DNA from: Octopus vulgaris
Lineage: Eukaryota
DNA: 64,000 nt
Direction of reading: 5' to 3'
Assembly: GCA_951406725.2 (NCBI GenBank)
Contig: OX597817.1
Coordinates: 95,728,001-95,792,000, forward strand
Shown: positions 24,127-38,486 of the stretch, one piece after another
Layout: the number at the start of each line of letters is the position of its first letter
How positions within the stretch are numbered: the stretch's first letter is position 1
Translations under genes and position numbers: made by a program
The notes under the pieces: generated by a model
Databases searched by the model: none
What the model was told of the DNA's origin: nothing
The model's input: the letters and a program-made list of their open reading frames with translations, nothing else

Positions 24127-25853
24127 AACACACTCACACATATATCTAGATTTATACGTATATATATATCTATATGTACACATGAACATTTGTAACAGTT
24201 TACTATGATATTATCACTCTAGTCTTTGGACATAATACCTTCCTACATTACTTGATTGTATTGTACGCTTGTATGTGTGCGTGTGTATGGATATATATAT
24301 ATAAAGTAAGAAAATGGAGAGATTTAATGGATAAAATTAATTTATTAACATTCAATTCACACTCAGTACAAATTACAAAATATATATGATAAAATAAGTT
24401 TGTATTTTGAAGATTTTGAATGAAATATCATTAGGGCGAAAGGACATTAAGGAAAGTACATGTTGATCGGTTGAGATATTCAAACAGTCTAAGTAGATGA
24501 AAGTATGTTTAGTTATTTGCATGTGTGTACGTGTGCGTTAATATTTTTCTTAAAATAAAATAAAATAAAATATTAAAATATTAAAAAATATTAAAATATT
24601 AAAAAAAAAAAAAAAAAATGTAATATGCACAATTAAAAATAAAATGAAAAATATATAATATATAATATAAATATATGTGTGGAAGATAAAGAATAATAAA
24701 TATAATAGTAAGTAAAAATAAGAATAAAAATGAAAGTAAAAATGAAATAGAAATGAAATAAAGATTCAAATTCAAATAAAAGGTTTTATTTTTGTATGTA
24801 CCTGTTTTTGAATAGTGTTATTGGGTTTGAAATAGCACAATAGTTAACCAATGTTTAGAATTCCACGTTATTCCTTGTACACTCACATTTCAATCAAATA
24901 CTGAACGTTCTTCGACTTTAGTTTGGTATCATATATGCTTGAAAAATTCACAGAGCTTACATTCGATATCAGAAGAAAACGGGAGCGTTTGTGTAAATGT
25001 TTTTATTAATCGTATGCGTGTTTCAGTAGCAAATTCTGTAGTGTGCGATAATTGTTACGTAAGCGATTGTATAATACGGGTAGAAATACCAGATTTTCAA
25101 AAAGATTCTGTAATTTATTTATGTATTATATAACAACATAAGTTGGTTGACAGTGAAAATACAACTATATGCAATCTTGACAGAAAATTCTTTCTATAGC
25201 AATTAAGAAAAGGAGTGTGTAGTTTTACATTATTAGCGAAATTAGAGAGAAACAAAAAAGGAAAAGTAGAAATATGTAGTCTTTATATCTCAGAATAAAA
25301 GAAAGTCAACTATTCAAGCTATTATAGATCAAAGAGATCACTAAGTTAATCATGAGAAATGGTTTTAAAGGTGGGTGTTGTAAGATACGGTGAAAACAGG
25401 TTGAACACATACATACACTTACGCAAACGCACTTGAGCACGCACTCACAGAGAAGCACACATGCACGCACAACAAACATAATATTTTATCTATCAACACC
25501 CTTCCGTATGTATATATACATTTACATACGTATAATCATGTACATATACGAAAGGCCATATAAGTTCAAATACACAAACACACACATACACGAACGCACA
25601 CACACGTATATTTACACGAACAGTTACCTATCTTCACATACTCTACAAATATACACACACAATCCCGATTCTAAACAAGAAATCAAGCTGCAAGTTTCTA
25701 GATGGTTATCGAGTCAGGTTGGAAAATGAAATTAAAAAAACTTAGTCATTTGGTTTTAAGATATGACAAGTATATGAATATATGAATATCAGTCTAGTTC
25801 GTGAAATTAAATTCTACAACAACAACAACTACTACTACTACTACTACTACTAA

Positions 25854-25929
<76 letters not shown>

Positions 25930-25963
25930 GTAATAATAATAATAATAATAATGATAATAATAA

Positions 25964-26460
25964 TCGAACCATCAAAGCCAATAAACCGGATATTGTTGTG
26001 AAAGACCAAAACAATAAAGTTTGCTTATTGATCGACATGAGCATCCCCTGTGATCATAATATCTCGGCGAAAGAGTTTGACAAGCTCAGAAAATATAAAG
26101 ACCTGCTCATTGAAATTGAGAAAATGTGGCATCTCAAGGCGGTTACAATACCAGTGATCGTAGGAGCACTAGGAATGATCAAGAAGGGAACCGAAAATTA
26201 TATGAGAATGATCCCTGGCTTACCATCCCTGCAAGAAGTGCAAAAGATTGTCTTAACTGGTACATCACACGTATTCAGAAGAGCATTGTCGATGTGAGAA
26301 CTATTACTACCCATGTATTCTAATTTAACTTAAAAATAAAATGAACGAACTAGTGAGTTTAGTTTAATGGCCTACCAATGTATACTATGGGTTTCTTTGC
26401 CCTAGGAGTCGGGAAGACACTCGGCAAGAAATGGAAGCAAATTTGAAAGAAGAAGAAAAA
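25964..26460 (+). mobile_element. R4/Dong-like LINE 3' fragment (RLE domain) in (TAA)n
   Basis: NKPDIVVKD...LIDMSIP...KLRKYKDL...IPVIVGALG; TAA tracts on both sides. Confidence 0.85.
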
Positions 26461-26468
26461 AAGATAAC

Positions 26469-26527
<59 letters not shown>

Positions 26528-26547
26528 TAATAATAATAATAATAATG

Positions 26548-27068
26548 GGAACTTCATTCAAACTAACAGAAAGATAGATGCGAATAGGCCAGACATCATA
26601 TTGAAAGACTTCAAACAAAAATCATGCCTCCTTATTGATATGACTGTCCCAATCGATATAAACGTATGTCAAAACCTACCAAAAACTGAGCAAATATAAA
26701 GATCTTGAAATAAAAATTAGCAAAATGTGGAACCTGAAGACTAAAACAATACCTGTTATCATAGGTGCCCTGGGAATGATAGCAAAAGGGGCTGATTGCT
26801 ACCTAGCTCAGATACCAGGAAACCCCAAAATGGCAGAAATTCAAAAGATAGTACTCATGGGAACTGCCCATATCCTACGCAAAATACTTTCTATGTAATC
26901 TCAAGTTTTAAAACAAACATAATTTTCTTATGGTTTCTTAAACATTCTCTAGAACAACACTGTGTACAAAACCAAATATATGGCACCCTAGGTATACACC
27001 AACATGAACTTCCAACTTGTTGTCTCTTGAGCCAACTTGTACAAATGTAAAACAAAAGTCAAACATAA
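26548..27068 (+). mobile_element. R4/Dong-like LINE 3' fragment (RLE domain) in (TAA)n
   Basis: ANRPDIILKD...LIDMTVP...IPVIIGALG; flanked by TAA/TGA tracts. Confidence 0.85.
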
Positions 27069-27102
27069 AATGATGATGATGATAATAATAATAATAATAA
27101 TA

Positions 27103-27184
<82 letters not shown>

Positions 27185-27201
27185 TGATGATGATGATGAT
27201 G

Positions 27202-27259
<58 letters not shown>

Positions 27260-27479
27260 CAACAACCACAATCATAATGATTAAATTGCACATGAATCAT
27301 TTTTATGGAGAGGACAAGGTAATGCTATTCGACAGTCATTTGAAAAGTCTTTATATATGTATCGTAGAGTTGTAGCTTGCTCACTATGTTTATTAGTATC
27401 AAAATTTGAGTCTCTTGAGAGCGTAGACTCTACTATTATTTACCGAATCTCTATAGAATTCTTTCGTAAAATTTAAACT

Positions 27480-27875
27480 TCAGAATTCTATGTTTACAGC
27501 AGAAAAAAAAACATTCATTTTTTTAAGGTGAAATATCAGCGATTCAGTAGACCGTAGTTCATATTCTTTCCTACTAATACTGTAAGAAGGATCTGTTGCT
27601 ATGATGTTCTAAAGTAGTTCATCCTTAGTATTCGAAGAGTTAAGCTTAAAAATGTAATTAGCAGGTCTAGTCGAATTACGTAAATTTTATTGCCAAAGCC
27701 ATGTGTGTGTATGTTAAAGTGATGTTTAAAAGAACTCAATGTAGATCCTATATAATAACAAGTATCTGTTGATGTAATGACACTACTTGTAGATCTTGAG
27801 TGACAAGCAACTACCTTAAAGGGGACAATTTTAAGTCATTAAGTCATTCTATAAATACAGTTTAAGAAATTATTT
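27480..27875 (-). pseudogene. Decayed PLE-type GIY-YIG endonuclease
   Basis: Frameshifted NCPL*GSCL...YYIGSTLSSFKHHFNIH...RNSTRPANYIFKL...NII...KKNE...CKH. Confidence 0.65.
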
Positions 27876-28799
27876 TGTGAAGTTGATTTCTACTTATATG
27901 AACATGAATTGTCATCGTTACTATTTGTTTTTATGCTATTTAGATTATTAGTCATTATTTACTTTCTATTCTTGTTTGTATTTTATTTCACATTTTTCAT
28001 TAGATTTTATAACGCTATATACAACAGAGGATTGAAAGCAATTTGGATTCTGGTGTATTAGGTTACTTTTGCTATTAGTAGGATTAGAATTACCAGTGTT
28101 AATTTCAATCCTTATTTTGTTCACTTGGTGTATGGAATTATTATGTTCATTTATTGTTACCTGTATTTTTATGTCAGGTGTGAGTACACAAGCGTCATGG
28201 AGGTTTGTTTTAGATTCAGAGTTCTTTTCATCTGGTTTTTGGAATCTCACCTGTTTAAGATGAGGAGAGTTTGTATTATTTTATGTGTTATACTTATTTA
28301 TTTCACAGACATTATAATATTCAATAATATTAGCAAGATTAGGAGTGTAAAGTCAGAAAATCTAACAGTGTATTTATTAAAAATTGTGATATTTGTGACT
28401 TTTGGGCTAGTTCCTTTTTATTTGAAAAAATGTTTTGCGTATTTGTTATGTCTATTATTTTCAAGTATGGTAATTATTTTTTGGTGGAGATTTATTATAA
28501 TTATCCATTGTGGGTTTATCAGAGGATGTGTTGCTAGAGTATTCAGGACTATATATGTCATGTGGATTATGTTATTTCTTATCCTACATTTTAAGCTGGT
28601 ATTTGTAACATTTGTATTATGTCGTGGCATTTGGATTCAACTTTTATTCAATTTTTGAATATCTTTTATGTTATTACTGTTTTAAACTCCGTGGTTATGT
28701 GCGTATTCATACAACAGAAATTTTATTTTGTTAAACTTGTAAGATTTATTATAGTTTTCTGCGATGACATCTCATATAGACTCGTGGTGCATATTTCTT

Positions 28800-30400
28800 A
28801 TGCTAAACCTACTCGAGGAATGTTTCTTGTCTACAAGAAGATAAGCAATTGGAAAGCAGCTGAACCTGGAAATGTTCAAGAGTATTAGATACAGAAGCTG
28901 CCAAGCTGCCATAAAAGAATAGCAGAACAGCTTAATGCACTGATCAGCGGCAATGAAGAGATTCCTGTGACGGTAACTACCAGATGAACAATACTACGAT
29001 TAAAGGATGCTTAAAAATGGAATACTGTGGTTAATTAAAGATCTATATTATATCTCACACTGATGTGGAAGGTGTTCACAAGAATAATCAGTGATGAAAT
29101 ATATACATTTCTTGATAACAAAATTATCCTTATTGAGGTGAAGGACTGTAAACGGAATTGCAAGGAACTAAATGCCACTTGCTAACAGATAAAGCTCAAG
29201 TCTTCTTTAGTTAACACAGATCGTTGCTTTAGCAAGGACATCAAAATGAAATTTGTTCTACAAGAAATGTGATATATTCCTGACGAGAGGGCAAGCCAAC
29301 AGATATGAAGGTAAAGAACTATTATCAGGGGAAATCATGAAAATGATTGATGATGCTGGGTAAAAAAAAACTGAGCATATTGGAAGTGAATGAAGTGATG
29401 GAAGAAGAAATGAAGAAAAACTTTACGCAAGAGGATCACCGAAAAGTTAGACTGGTGCTGCACTTAAAAACAATTAATACACAGGCGATTGCATCATCGA
29501 AGTATAATATAGGTATTCTCAACTGGAGAGAATAGGAGTTACAGAGGCTCGACCGGAAATCGAGAAAACTACTCACAATGCACCGAGTATTCCAACCAAG
29601 GATGCTGTTGACAGGCTATATCTAACCAAGCACAAAAGTGGGCGAGGGCTAATCCACTGTGAAAGTTGCATATGTACAGAAGAAAATAGCTTACATGTGG
29701 TATATTAAGAGTGCTATAGAGCCCCTGCTGGTTCAGGTGAGAATATTTGTTAGAGTCAGGACAACTGCTTGCGTGGAGACAGAAGAGTACAAAGAAACAA
29801 AGAGTCGAGAAGACAAAAGAAAATGGAATATGGAAACAGCAAATAAAATTGACTGATTGCCATAAAGGACATTTCGCCTCCGAGTAAGTTCAGAGTTACC
29901 TCACTTGGTATCTGGAGCTGAAAAGAACTGAAGAGCTCGAAATGCAGCCATTAGTCAAAGAGAGAATGCACTGAGCTGTCTATGTACTCTTATACATTTT
30001 TGGCTTAATTGAAAATTGTTTCTCCACAACAAACTGCAATGAAAACCCGTTATAGATTTTAAAATCCTTCAAACATATTTGAACTGATCTTAAAATTGTT
30101 TACTTCGCACATCTACTCACTATCTTGTTCCGCGCTGGCAACAGGTCAGTCAATTTCTCATAAAGAATGCATTGCTTCCTAATCAGTTCAGCGTTATGAT
30201 GCAATGGCCGCTTGGTGCCAGCATACAACGGAAAAGGTAATGGATGGAATCAGGAAGGCAAACATCCTACGAGACTTTGAATGCCAGACAGACAGGGTGT
30301 TGGACGCCGGAGGCCGGATAAAGTAGCCTTTAGGAGGAACAAACAGGAGTGCCTTATAATTGACGTGGCGGTGACAGGAGATCAATATATTACTTTTACA
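28800..30400 (+). mobile_element. Decayed R4/Dong-like LINE (RT and RLE pieces)
   Basis: ISNWKAAEPGNVQ, VDRLYL..GRGL and ILRDFECQTDR motifs with many stops. Confidence 0.7.
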
Positions 30401-30834
30401 CAGTGACAGGAGATCAATATATTACTTTTACAGTTACAATTAGTAGATAAATACACTTCAAATCATGACCTGCCATCTGAAGAAATAAAGGATACATCAA
30501 AATATGTAGCCCTCAATCATTGGTTCCCAAACGGTGCACCTTGTACTTTTCAAAGTTTAAGTTTTTGAAAATTCATATTGAAACATGAGCGTACTACCCT
30601 TCCTCTATGATTAAACTATGAAAAGATTCACAGCTTTGACCGTAATTTTCACCAATGAGAGCTTTTGTTCCCTTATGTTTTAGTTCACATACCTTAACTT
30701 GACAGTAACCTTTGGGATCAGGATCGAGAATGTTGTCTGAAGCCAATCTTGCTATAGTTATTTTCAGTAATACTGTCCTCTAAAAGGTCAATTCTAGATG
30801 TTCACTCAGTATTTCCTCTGTAAATATTCTTGCT

Positions 30835-31050
30835 GGCAGTGAGCTAGCAGAATCGTTAGCGCGTGGAACAAAATTCTCGTTGTGTTTCTTCTGGTTCTTT
30901 AAGTTCTGAGTTTAAATTCCTCCAAGGTCGACTTTGCCTTTCATTCTTTCGGAATCGATAAAATAAAGTACCAATCTCGTACGGCTGTCGTTGCATTCAA
31001 CAAACCTACATCCTTTGAAATTGCCGAACTTGTACCAAAATTTGAAACTA
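30835..31050 (+). mobile_element. SINE family 2
   Basis: Matches the family 2 copies; ends in an (ACT)n tail. Confidence 0.75.
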
Positions 31051-31223
31051 CTACTACTACTACTACTACTACTGTCTATTGCATCCAAATATTGAGAAGC
31101 TCATTATCACATATGAATCGCAAATATCAAAAATCTGTTGTTTTAAAATAGATCTCTGATATAGAAATGCTATACATAGGATAAACAACACGCTCTTTAT
31201 TCCCAGCGTTATTCACTAGTGTG

Positions 31224-31540
31224 AAGGCGCGTGGCTTAGTGGGTAGGGTATTTGGCTCAGGATCATAAGGCTGTGAGTTTGAAAACCGGCGTCGCGTTGT
31301 ATCCTTGAGTAAGACACTTTATTTATATTGCTCCAGTCTACTCAGCTGGTAAAATGAGTAGTATCTGTAATTCAAAGGGCCAGCCTTGTCACATTCTGTG
31401 TAAAGTTGAATCTCCCGGAGAACTATGTTAACAGTATGTGTGTCTGTAGAGGGCTCAACCAATTGCACTTTAATTTCATGAAAAGGCTGTTCCGTTGATC
31501 GGATCAACTGGGACCCTGGTCTTCGTAATCGACGGAGTAA
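31224..31540 (+). mobile_element. tRNA-derived SINE family 3
   Basis: GGCGCGTGGCTTAGTGG A-box head followed by a TCCTTGAGTAAGACACTTT...CCAGTCTACTCAGCTG body. Confidence 0.6.
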
Positions 31541-34500
31541 TTGCCGGTTACTCACTGGACCCGTCAGTTTTACAAACTTTACAAGTGGTCAAAATTCCTG
31601 TTGATCGATATGCGTAGATTAGGTAGAATGCAAAGTATGAACTATACCAGATATTTTCCAATGTCACTTAACTAACCAGTTGTATTTACCATACCTCTAT
31701 AAATCTATGAACATTTGAAAGATCCACAATTTCAGTGCATATCAGCATGATATCCTGATACATACCATGTTTAATAAAATTCAGAAAAAATCCTCATAAA
31801 AACTATTGCTATTTAGGCGATCGACTTTATGAAAAGCCTAAAGAAATCAGTTCTTTATAAAAACTAGAATTAACCGCCATCTCGTTATTGTAGCTTACAA
31901 GTTGAAGATTGTTTCGTATAGCTCTCTTTGAAACAATGTATGCTGACGTATGTACCACAACAACACCCGTGACAAGCATCTTGTTTATGTTTTAGCAGCA
32001 GAATTAAGGATGAAAAATTATCTTCAAATATTTTACTCATGCAACTGTTTTCTTGAAAATATACATTATGCTGTATATTGTATTACTATTTCTGTATTCT
32101 AATGCTCTATTTTCACCCTTTTTAACTGGAATTCTTCTGCTTAATTACGTTCCAGAGCTGGACATATGTTTTGGGAAATAAGATATACTAACGCATCACT
32201 TTTTGAAGTAAAATTGCAATGACCTACTTTATAGTAAGCCTACATTTTATGCAGTACGTTATTGACTTGAACAGCTTATAAATGATGTTAGACTTTTAAA
32301 TTCTTGTGAAATCAAAATAGATATAGTATATTTAAATAATTATTAAGTGTTAGTGGCTTACATTTTACTTTTTGTGTTCATTTACACATCTTTTTCGTTT
32401 TGCATAATCTTTTTCGCAGCTAGTTCTAAACGATTATTTTGAACAGAATGTATTGCTCGTAACAAACATGATATCTTAAAATCAAGAAATATGCATTGAA
32501 ATGAGAAATAAAGTTTTCGAAGTTTTAATTGAAATGTTTCGCCTTATATTTTTTTATAAATATGCAAACTAAAAAAAGGTTATATACATGTAGTAGATAT
32601 GGTCAGCGTGTATTGACAGTTGTTCCTTTCGTGCATTCCAGTGCTTATTTTTTTAAACAAATGAATTAAAATTTGATTTCATGCCTACTCTGATGTCTTT
32701 GATATTTGTACAATACATCAACTTGTAAATGTGCAGAAAATGTAAGGGTCTTCGATTCATTTCATTCCCATCAAATATTTAATTCATATTTTTGCATATT
32801 ACATTCCATCAGAAACACATTTAAATATTTACTTATAAATTACATTATAAGAGATGCATTTGTATTACGTTTTATCATTATAGTCATAAAATTATTAAGA
32901 AATAATCTTAATAAGTTCTTTTAGCAAGTGAAGGTCAGAAAGCACGATAAAAGACTTTGCATCTTAACTTCCTGATGCTGAGAACTCAGCAGCCAATTAA
33001 ATCTATATCTAAGTGTCTTAGCAGAGTACACCTCTGTAAAAAACACAAGCAAACAAACAAAACAAAGAAAGCTAACAAAAGCGAGTGTTTCATTAATCTA
33101 TTTTGATAAACTCAAGACTTCGAATGAGTATGATAATGATAATGAGAAACTACTTTCAGTAACTTCTTGAACCATTGCATGTTGCATAACCCTACTGGTG
33201 ACCAGTTGAAATTATAACTAGTGTTGTAAGCGTCAGCTCAGCAATACAGTTTATCTGGTCATTCATTCCTTTCCGCCGCCCGTATGTGTCGTGTGGAAGG
33301 AGTCTGCAGGCATCTCCTCTATAGATTCGTATCAGAAAAAAATAAAAGCATCATTAAACTTTCTTGCTGGATGCTCAAGCGCAGCCAACTGAGACTATGA
33401 TTATTATGTATACATCTCTCTCGTAGTCTACTCTAGGTCTAATGCTAGTTGGCTCGGCTTGAAAAATCCGTTTTGCGATATTTTTCTGTTGTATTCTAAC
33501 CATATGTTTATAGTACCGGAGCCGCAACCTCTCCATGCGGAAAAGTAGCAGCTCAACCTGATTTCAGAGTTACACACCCTGACGAGTAACGTTATTCAAA
33601 AGACTCTTCAGAGGAACCCCATTCCGATTGCTTGTATTCGTGGTCCTACTCTTTCAGTGATTACCCAATATTAATTACCATAGATGAGGATATGCATAAC
33701 ACCGAATTCAAGGTAGCGCATTACTGTACCGCTAACAGCAATTCTAGCATTCAATTTAGCTGTCTACTTTCCATCACTCGTGAAAACGGCTTCGAGATAT
33801 TTAAACTTCTCAGTGATGTTCTAAACATGCAGAGTCATTGGGAAAACGTTTTTAGAGAACCAATGTTTCAATCTTCGCAACGCTTATTCTTATAAGCGAA
33901 CTCATTTCGTACATACCAAGTATCACCAATTCGTCTGCAAATATCAGCCGACCAATTATATACACATCGATTGTGATGCCACTGCCATTGCGTATGTGCT
34001 TCTCAATCCAGTTCATATTGTCACATTTCCTTTGAGAAGTGACACTATGCATCTCTCTGACGAAGACCAACACCTATGTTGAAAATCTTTGACTTTTCCG
34101 AAGCTTTGACGTTTTACCCAAACTCAAATATTTGGTCACTTGTATAGGAACTTCACGGCAACTAGAAATTACCCACTGATTTCATACTCCCGCAAAAAAC
34201 CTTCCCCATTTTATATCCTGCAGCACGCGTCCATATGCCTTTCCGCGGTCTACTAAGCAAGCATATACCAGTTGACAATATTCACCCGATTTCTCGATGA
34301 TTTGCCATAGATTGAATATTTGCTGCCTCCAGTACAAAATCCACACTTTTCTTCAGTTAGCTTGGTTCAACAATGTCCCTACATTCCATTTCCAGACATC
34401 TGGCGTAGTCTTTCCTGGGGAGGTTCAACGGTGTTTCAGCTATAATTAGAGCTCTTGCTTTCTCTTGAACTTTAAAAAATTGGGATTACTATTCCCGAAT

Positions 34501-34657
34501 TGTCGTTGCTTTTTGCTTTTCCAGAAGTCCATGCTACCTGGAATACACGAGTAAACCTGATTAATAACTCCTCTATTTAAGGCTTCTAACGTCTCAGACC
34601 GAATCAAAGCCTCCTCAGCGTCCTTGTCACATTTGAGCTTAGTCTTAGTCTCTAGAT

Positions 34658-37652
34658 CAGTGCTTTTCAACCTTTTTGCTGGAGCGGAACCCCAAGGAAA
34701 TATTCCACTGGCTCGAGGAACCCCTGTGCAATAATTTAATTGTCTTATGCAAAAAAACAGCATTTAATTAATGAAATGAAAATACTCATGTTCAGATTTA
34801 TTTACAATAAAATCACAAGCTGTAAAAAAATTGTCACGTACATATGCAATTTTATTCTTACATCTACAGTTATTATTAAAACATGTATTAAAAAAAACTT
34901 TAGTTTGAATAGATTACATTTATTCTCATCAAAAAGTCAATGAGAAACTTGAGCCTGGTTTTTCTAGCACAACTCTTTAAGATTGGGTCGTGTTTTTGAT
35001 AGAAACACATGAAGTTCATCTTCCACAGACAGCAATTGTGCTCGCTTCTTGTGCTTGATAGTTGTTAGGGCTGAAAATCCAAATTCACAGAAGTAGGAGG
35101 TTGAAAACTGTACAAGAAGTCGCAGCGCTTTCTAGGCGATTGCAGGATATGCCTTTTCAACCAGCAACCAAAATGCATTCAGGTGAAGCTCAGAATGCTT
35201 CAACTTTAATGTTCTGTCATTTAAAACACTGGCAAGTTCTTCTTCTTCTGTTAATGTGAACTGTTCTTCAAATGGCTCAAATTCCACAAACGGGTTTCTA
35301 ATCCAGTCATACTGGTCAACAGATATCGATGGAAAATATTTGTCAAGATTTGTTAACAAAGTGTGCAAATGGTTCAAAATCAGTAGCGCAGTTTCTTGAC
35401 AATTCCTTATAAAAACACTTGGAAACATTTCCAAATTTCCTGCAGCTATGCGTTTCTTCCGTATTGTCAATTTCTTCTGAAAAGCATTTATTTTGTCAGT
35501 ATAAGACAAGATATTTTCGTTCCTGTCCTGCATGCCATTGTTCAAGAGGCCTAGCTCATGAAATATATCGGCAAGATATGCTAACTTGGAACACCAATGG
35601 TCATCACTCAAACATTCTACAAAGTCTTTCAGGTTTTCCTGCTAACAAAAGGTCAATAACTCTTCTCTTAATTCGTAAAAACGAGACAATACTTTTCCCC
35701 TTGACAACCATTGTATTTCTGTGTGCTAGATTAAGGTGGAATGGTCTGCTTCCATACCCACACAAATTTTTGCAAACTGTCGACATTTAAGTGGCCTCAT
35801 TTTGAAGTAATTATTTATTTTCACTACCATATCCAATGCAGATTTTAGTTCAGGTCCAAGATGTTTAGCAACTAGTGCTTCACTATGAATGAAACAATGA
35901 GTATGAATAATATTTGGATATTGTTTTTGTGCGATTGGGACAAAGCCTTTAAGACATCCTGTCATTGCAGGGGCACCATCTGTACAAATACCAACACATT
36001 TTTTCCAGTTCAATCCACAATACTCTAAGTATAAATTTAAAACATCAAATACATCTTGTCCTTTTCTTGTTTCTGGCAACTCTTTGCAACACAGGACGTC
36101 TTCTACAATAGCTTCATCATTAATAAAACGAACAGATACAAAGAGCTGTGATTTACTAGTGATGCCTGTACTCTCATCAACTTGAAGTGCAAACAACTTA
36201 TGTTTCAGTATTTTTTACTTAATATTGCACTCAATGTCTCCCGACATGTTTTGAATGCGCCTACTTATTATGTTGTCAGAAAGTGGAATTTTATTTAGCT
36301 CTGATACAGCATCCTCTCCAAACATTATCCTCACTATTTCCTGGCATGCAGTTAAAATTACAGTTTCAGCGATGGTATGAGATTTCATTTTTCTTGCAAC
36401 TATCTCTGCCACAGCATAACTTGCTTCTTGTCCTTTGTCACTCAACTTGAACTTTTTGGCAAACATAGAAACTTGCCTTTTATTAAATGCCGATTCTCTT
36501 TTAAAATATTGTTCATTTTTGCCTGACGACTCTGGATGTTTAGTCGTTAAGTGTCGTTTCAGTTTGGCTGGTGCCATAGCACTATTAGCCAGCTTCTCCC
36601 CAGAAACAGTACACAAAGGTGAAGGGCAGTCTGGCTTTTCAGTCCAAGTAAATCCCAGAGCTATGTAGTTTTCACAATATTGACGAACTTTTAGTTGCAG
36701 GTTAATTCTATCATTTCTTGGTAATTTCGACGATGCAGCATCACTGGCAGTAGCTGCAGCTTCAACAGACTGCCTCAGACCCTGCGTCTCTCCATCTGTA
36801 TCTAACTTACGTTTTTTTCAGAAATCTATCCATACTTGTAAGGCTGTAAGCAGAATTGTATATATATATAAAAGCAAACCTAATAGTGGCAGGACAAAAT
36901 GATCTTTAAAGTGTAGCGAGTTTAATGATGTAAAATTTAGCTTTTTTTATTAATGTTTTTTAGTAATAGGTATTTGATTATATTTAAACAATATGCATAT
37001 AATAATAAAATAGATTTTCGGATTTGAATTTAAAATTTTATTTATTTGTTCATTGTTCTAATTCATAAATTTGTAAGGAATTAATATTTATGCATATTTA
37101 CATATCTTATAATTTAGTGTCAGTTTCCCTATTTCTTATTTTGTTCTACATAAGTAATTCAACTCTCTTTCGAATTTTTTAATCTTAACATTTGACCAAA
37201 TATTAATAGACGTCATACAAGAAAAAGAGTTTACAAAAACGCCTTTTAAAAAGCTAAAGATCTTTTAAAAAGCATATTAACAACAACACCTAAATGGCTT
37301 ATGCAGTTAAAACGTTTCTTTCAAATATAGTCACTCGTATTTTACAAAAGAAACTAAACCATCATCTAAGCTGGCATGCAACTCGTAGATGTGCACGTAC
37401 ATGTACACACCAAGGATCAGGGTCATCTACGCTGGCGAGTAACTCGTAGTTGTACACGTCGTAGGCCTACATATACACACCAAGGATCAGGGTCATCTAC
37501 GCTGGCGTGCAAATCGTAGATGTACACATAGGCCTAACATGTACACACATATCTGCACAGGAGAATTAAAAATTACTGTCGAGTTTAGCATTTATGTAGC
37601 TTCTTGCGGAACCCCTGGACTGTACTGGCGGAACCCTGGCTGAAAACCACTG
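34658..37652 (-). mobile_element. hAT-Buster DNA transposon, full length
   Basis: TIRs CAGTGCTTTTCAACC / GGCTGAAAACCACTG; perfect 8-bp TSD CTCTAGAT with central TA; subterminal tandem repeats at ~37365-37530. Confidence 0.95.
34937..36833 (-). pseudogene. Buster-family transposase (frameshifted)
   Basis: KLKRHLTTKH (BED finger), FALQVDEST, CTDGAPAM, HCFIH, LAYLADIF, WIRNPF and C-terminal QAQVSH*. Confidence 0.9.
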
Positions 37653-38260
37653 CTCTAGATGCATCGAATGTGTCTACGAGATTTTATTGTAGCCGGATCT
37701 AGATGAACAAAGTAGTCTCTCTGTCTTAAGTGTGTTCTTTTCTGTGAAGAGATGAACCCCAATCGAATTCGTAATGGCAGGGAGGGTATCTCGTTACGAG
37801 GTCGACGGTAGTAAAATTGATGTAATTTCTATTCGCTAACTCCACTTTCCTATTTCCGAAAAACGATACGGTCTTTTGAAAAATCGACATTTGTGCCCTG
37901 TACAGCAAGATATAGAAAGATTATTCTCGTCTTTATTTTTCTTACATCTGGGCAAGTTCAAACGCAAATTAAGGTGGTTAAAGTAGTGTACGTCATGGGA
38001 GAACAGCTCCTCTCTTCTACCACGATAGTGTCCAACACACTCGGCTGACAGTCGCATGAGATTTTGTCAAAATACCGATGTCTCAGAATCCCGTATGCTA
38101 TTGAGCCGAGAGTGTTCTATATACTGACGTTATTCTCCCCATGGCTTACACAACAGCAATCAGCATACTTTGGACTGAAGCTACTGAGATGTACTAAGAA
38201 TATATACGCGAATAATCGTTTAATACAGTATTTTGTATAAAATAAAAAGAAAACTCTCGC

Positions 38261-38346
<86 letters not shown>

Positions 38347-38486
38347 CGTGCGTGCGAGTGTATATGTGTGTGCGCGCCAGCGTGTGTGAGCGAGAGAGAG
38401 CAATATTACTGCTTGACTGCCTTGAATTTACCAATTAAACCAGAAGATCACTTTTTGATGGCATGTGGAAAGCAAAAGATATATTC

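Larger units (their letters stand above)
33150..38110 (-). mobile_element. Decayed RTE-clade LINE interrupted by the hAT-Buster element
   Basis: VYACLVDRGKAYGRV (~34220-34270), RLIFADELVIL and LVRVCNSEIR motifs; outer boundaries approximate. Confidence 0.6.

Noticed and set aside
28125-28658. 177-aa hydrophobic ORF suggesting a membrane protein
   Set aside because: It is the T-rich antisense reading of an A-rich TE-like remnant.
30373-30433. Short direct duplications (also ~59140-59195 and ~47200-47230)
   Set aside because: Ordinary local tandem duplications inside decayed LINEs.
31224-31300. tRNA-like heads of SINEs as tRNA genes
   Set aside because: No complete cloverleaf; they continue into SINE bodies.
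33575-33615. CTGACGA...AAAA hammerhead-like string
   Set aside because: No GAAA core or stem I; it is the antisense of RTE coding sequence (LVRVCNSEIR).
37365-37530. Repeat-spacer-like pattern resembling CRISPR
   Set aside because: These are tandem subterminal repeats inside a eukaryotic hAT element; there are no unique spacers or cas genes.
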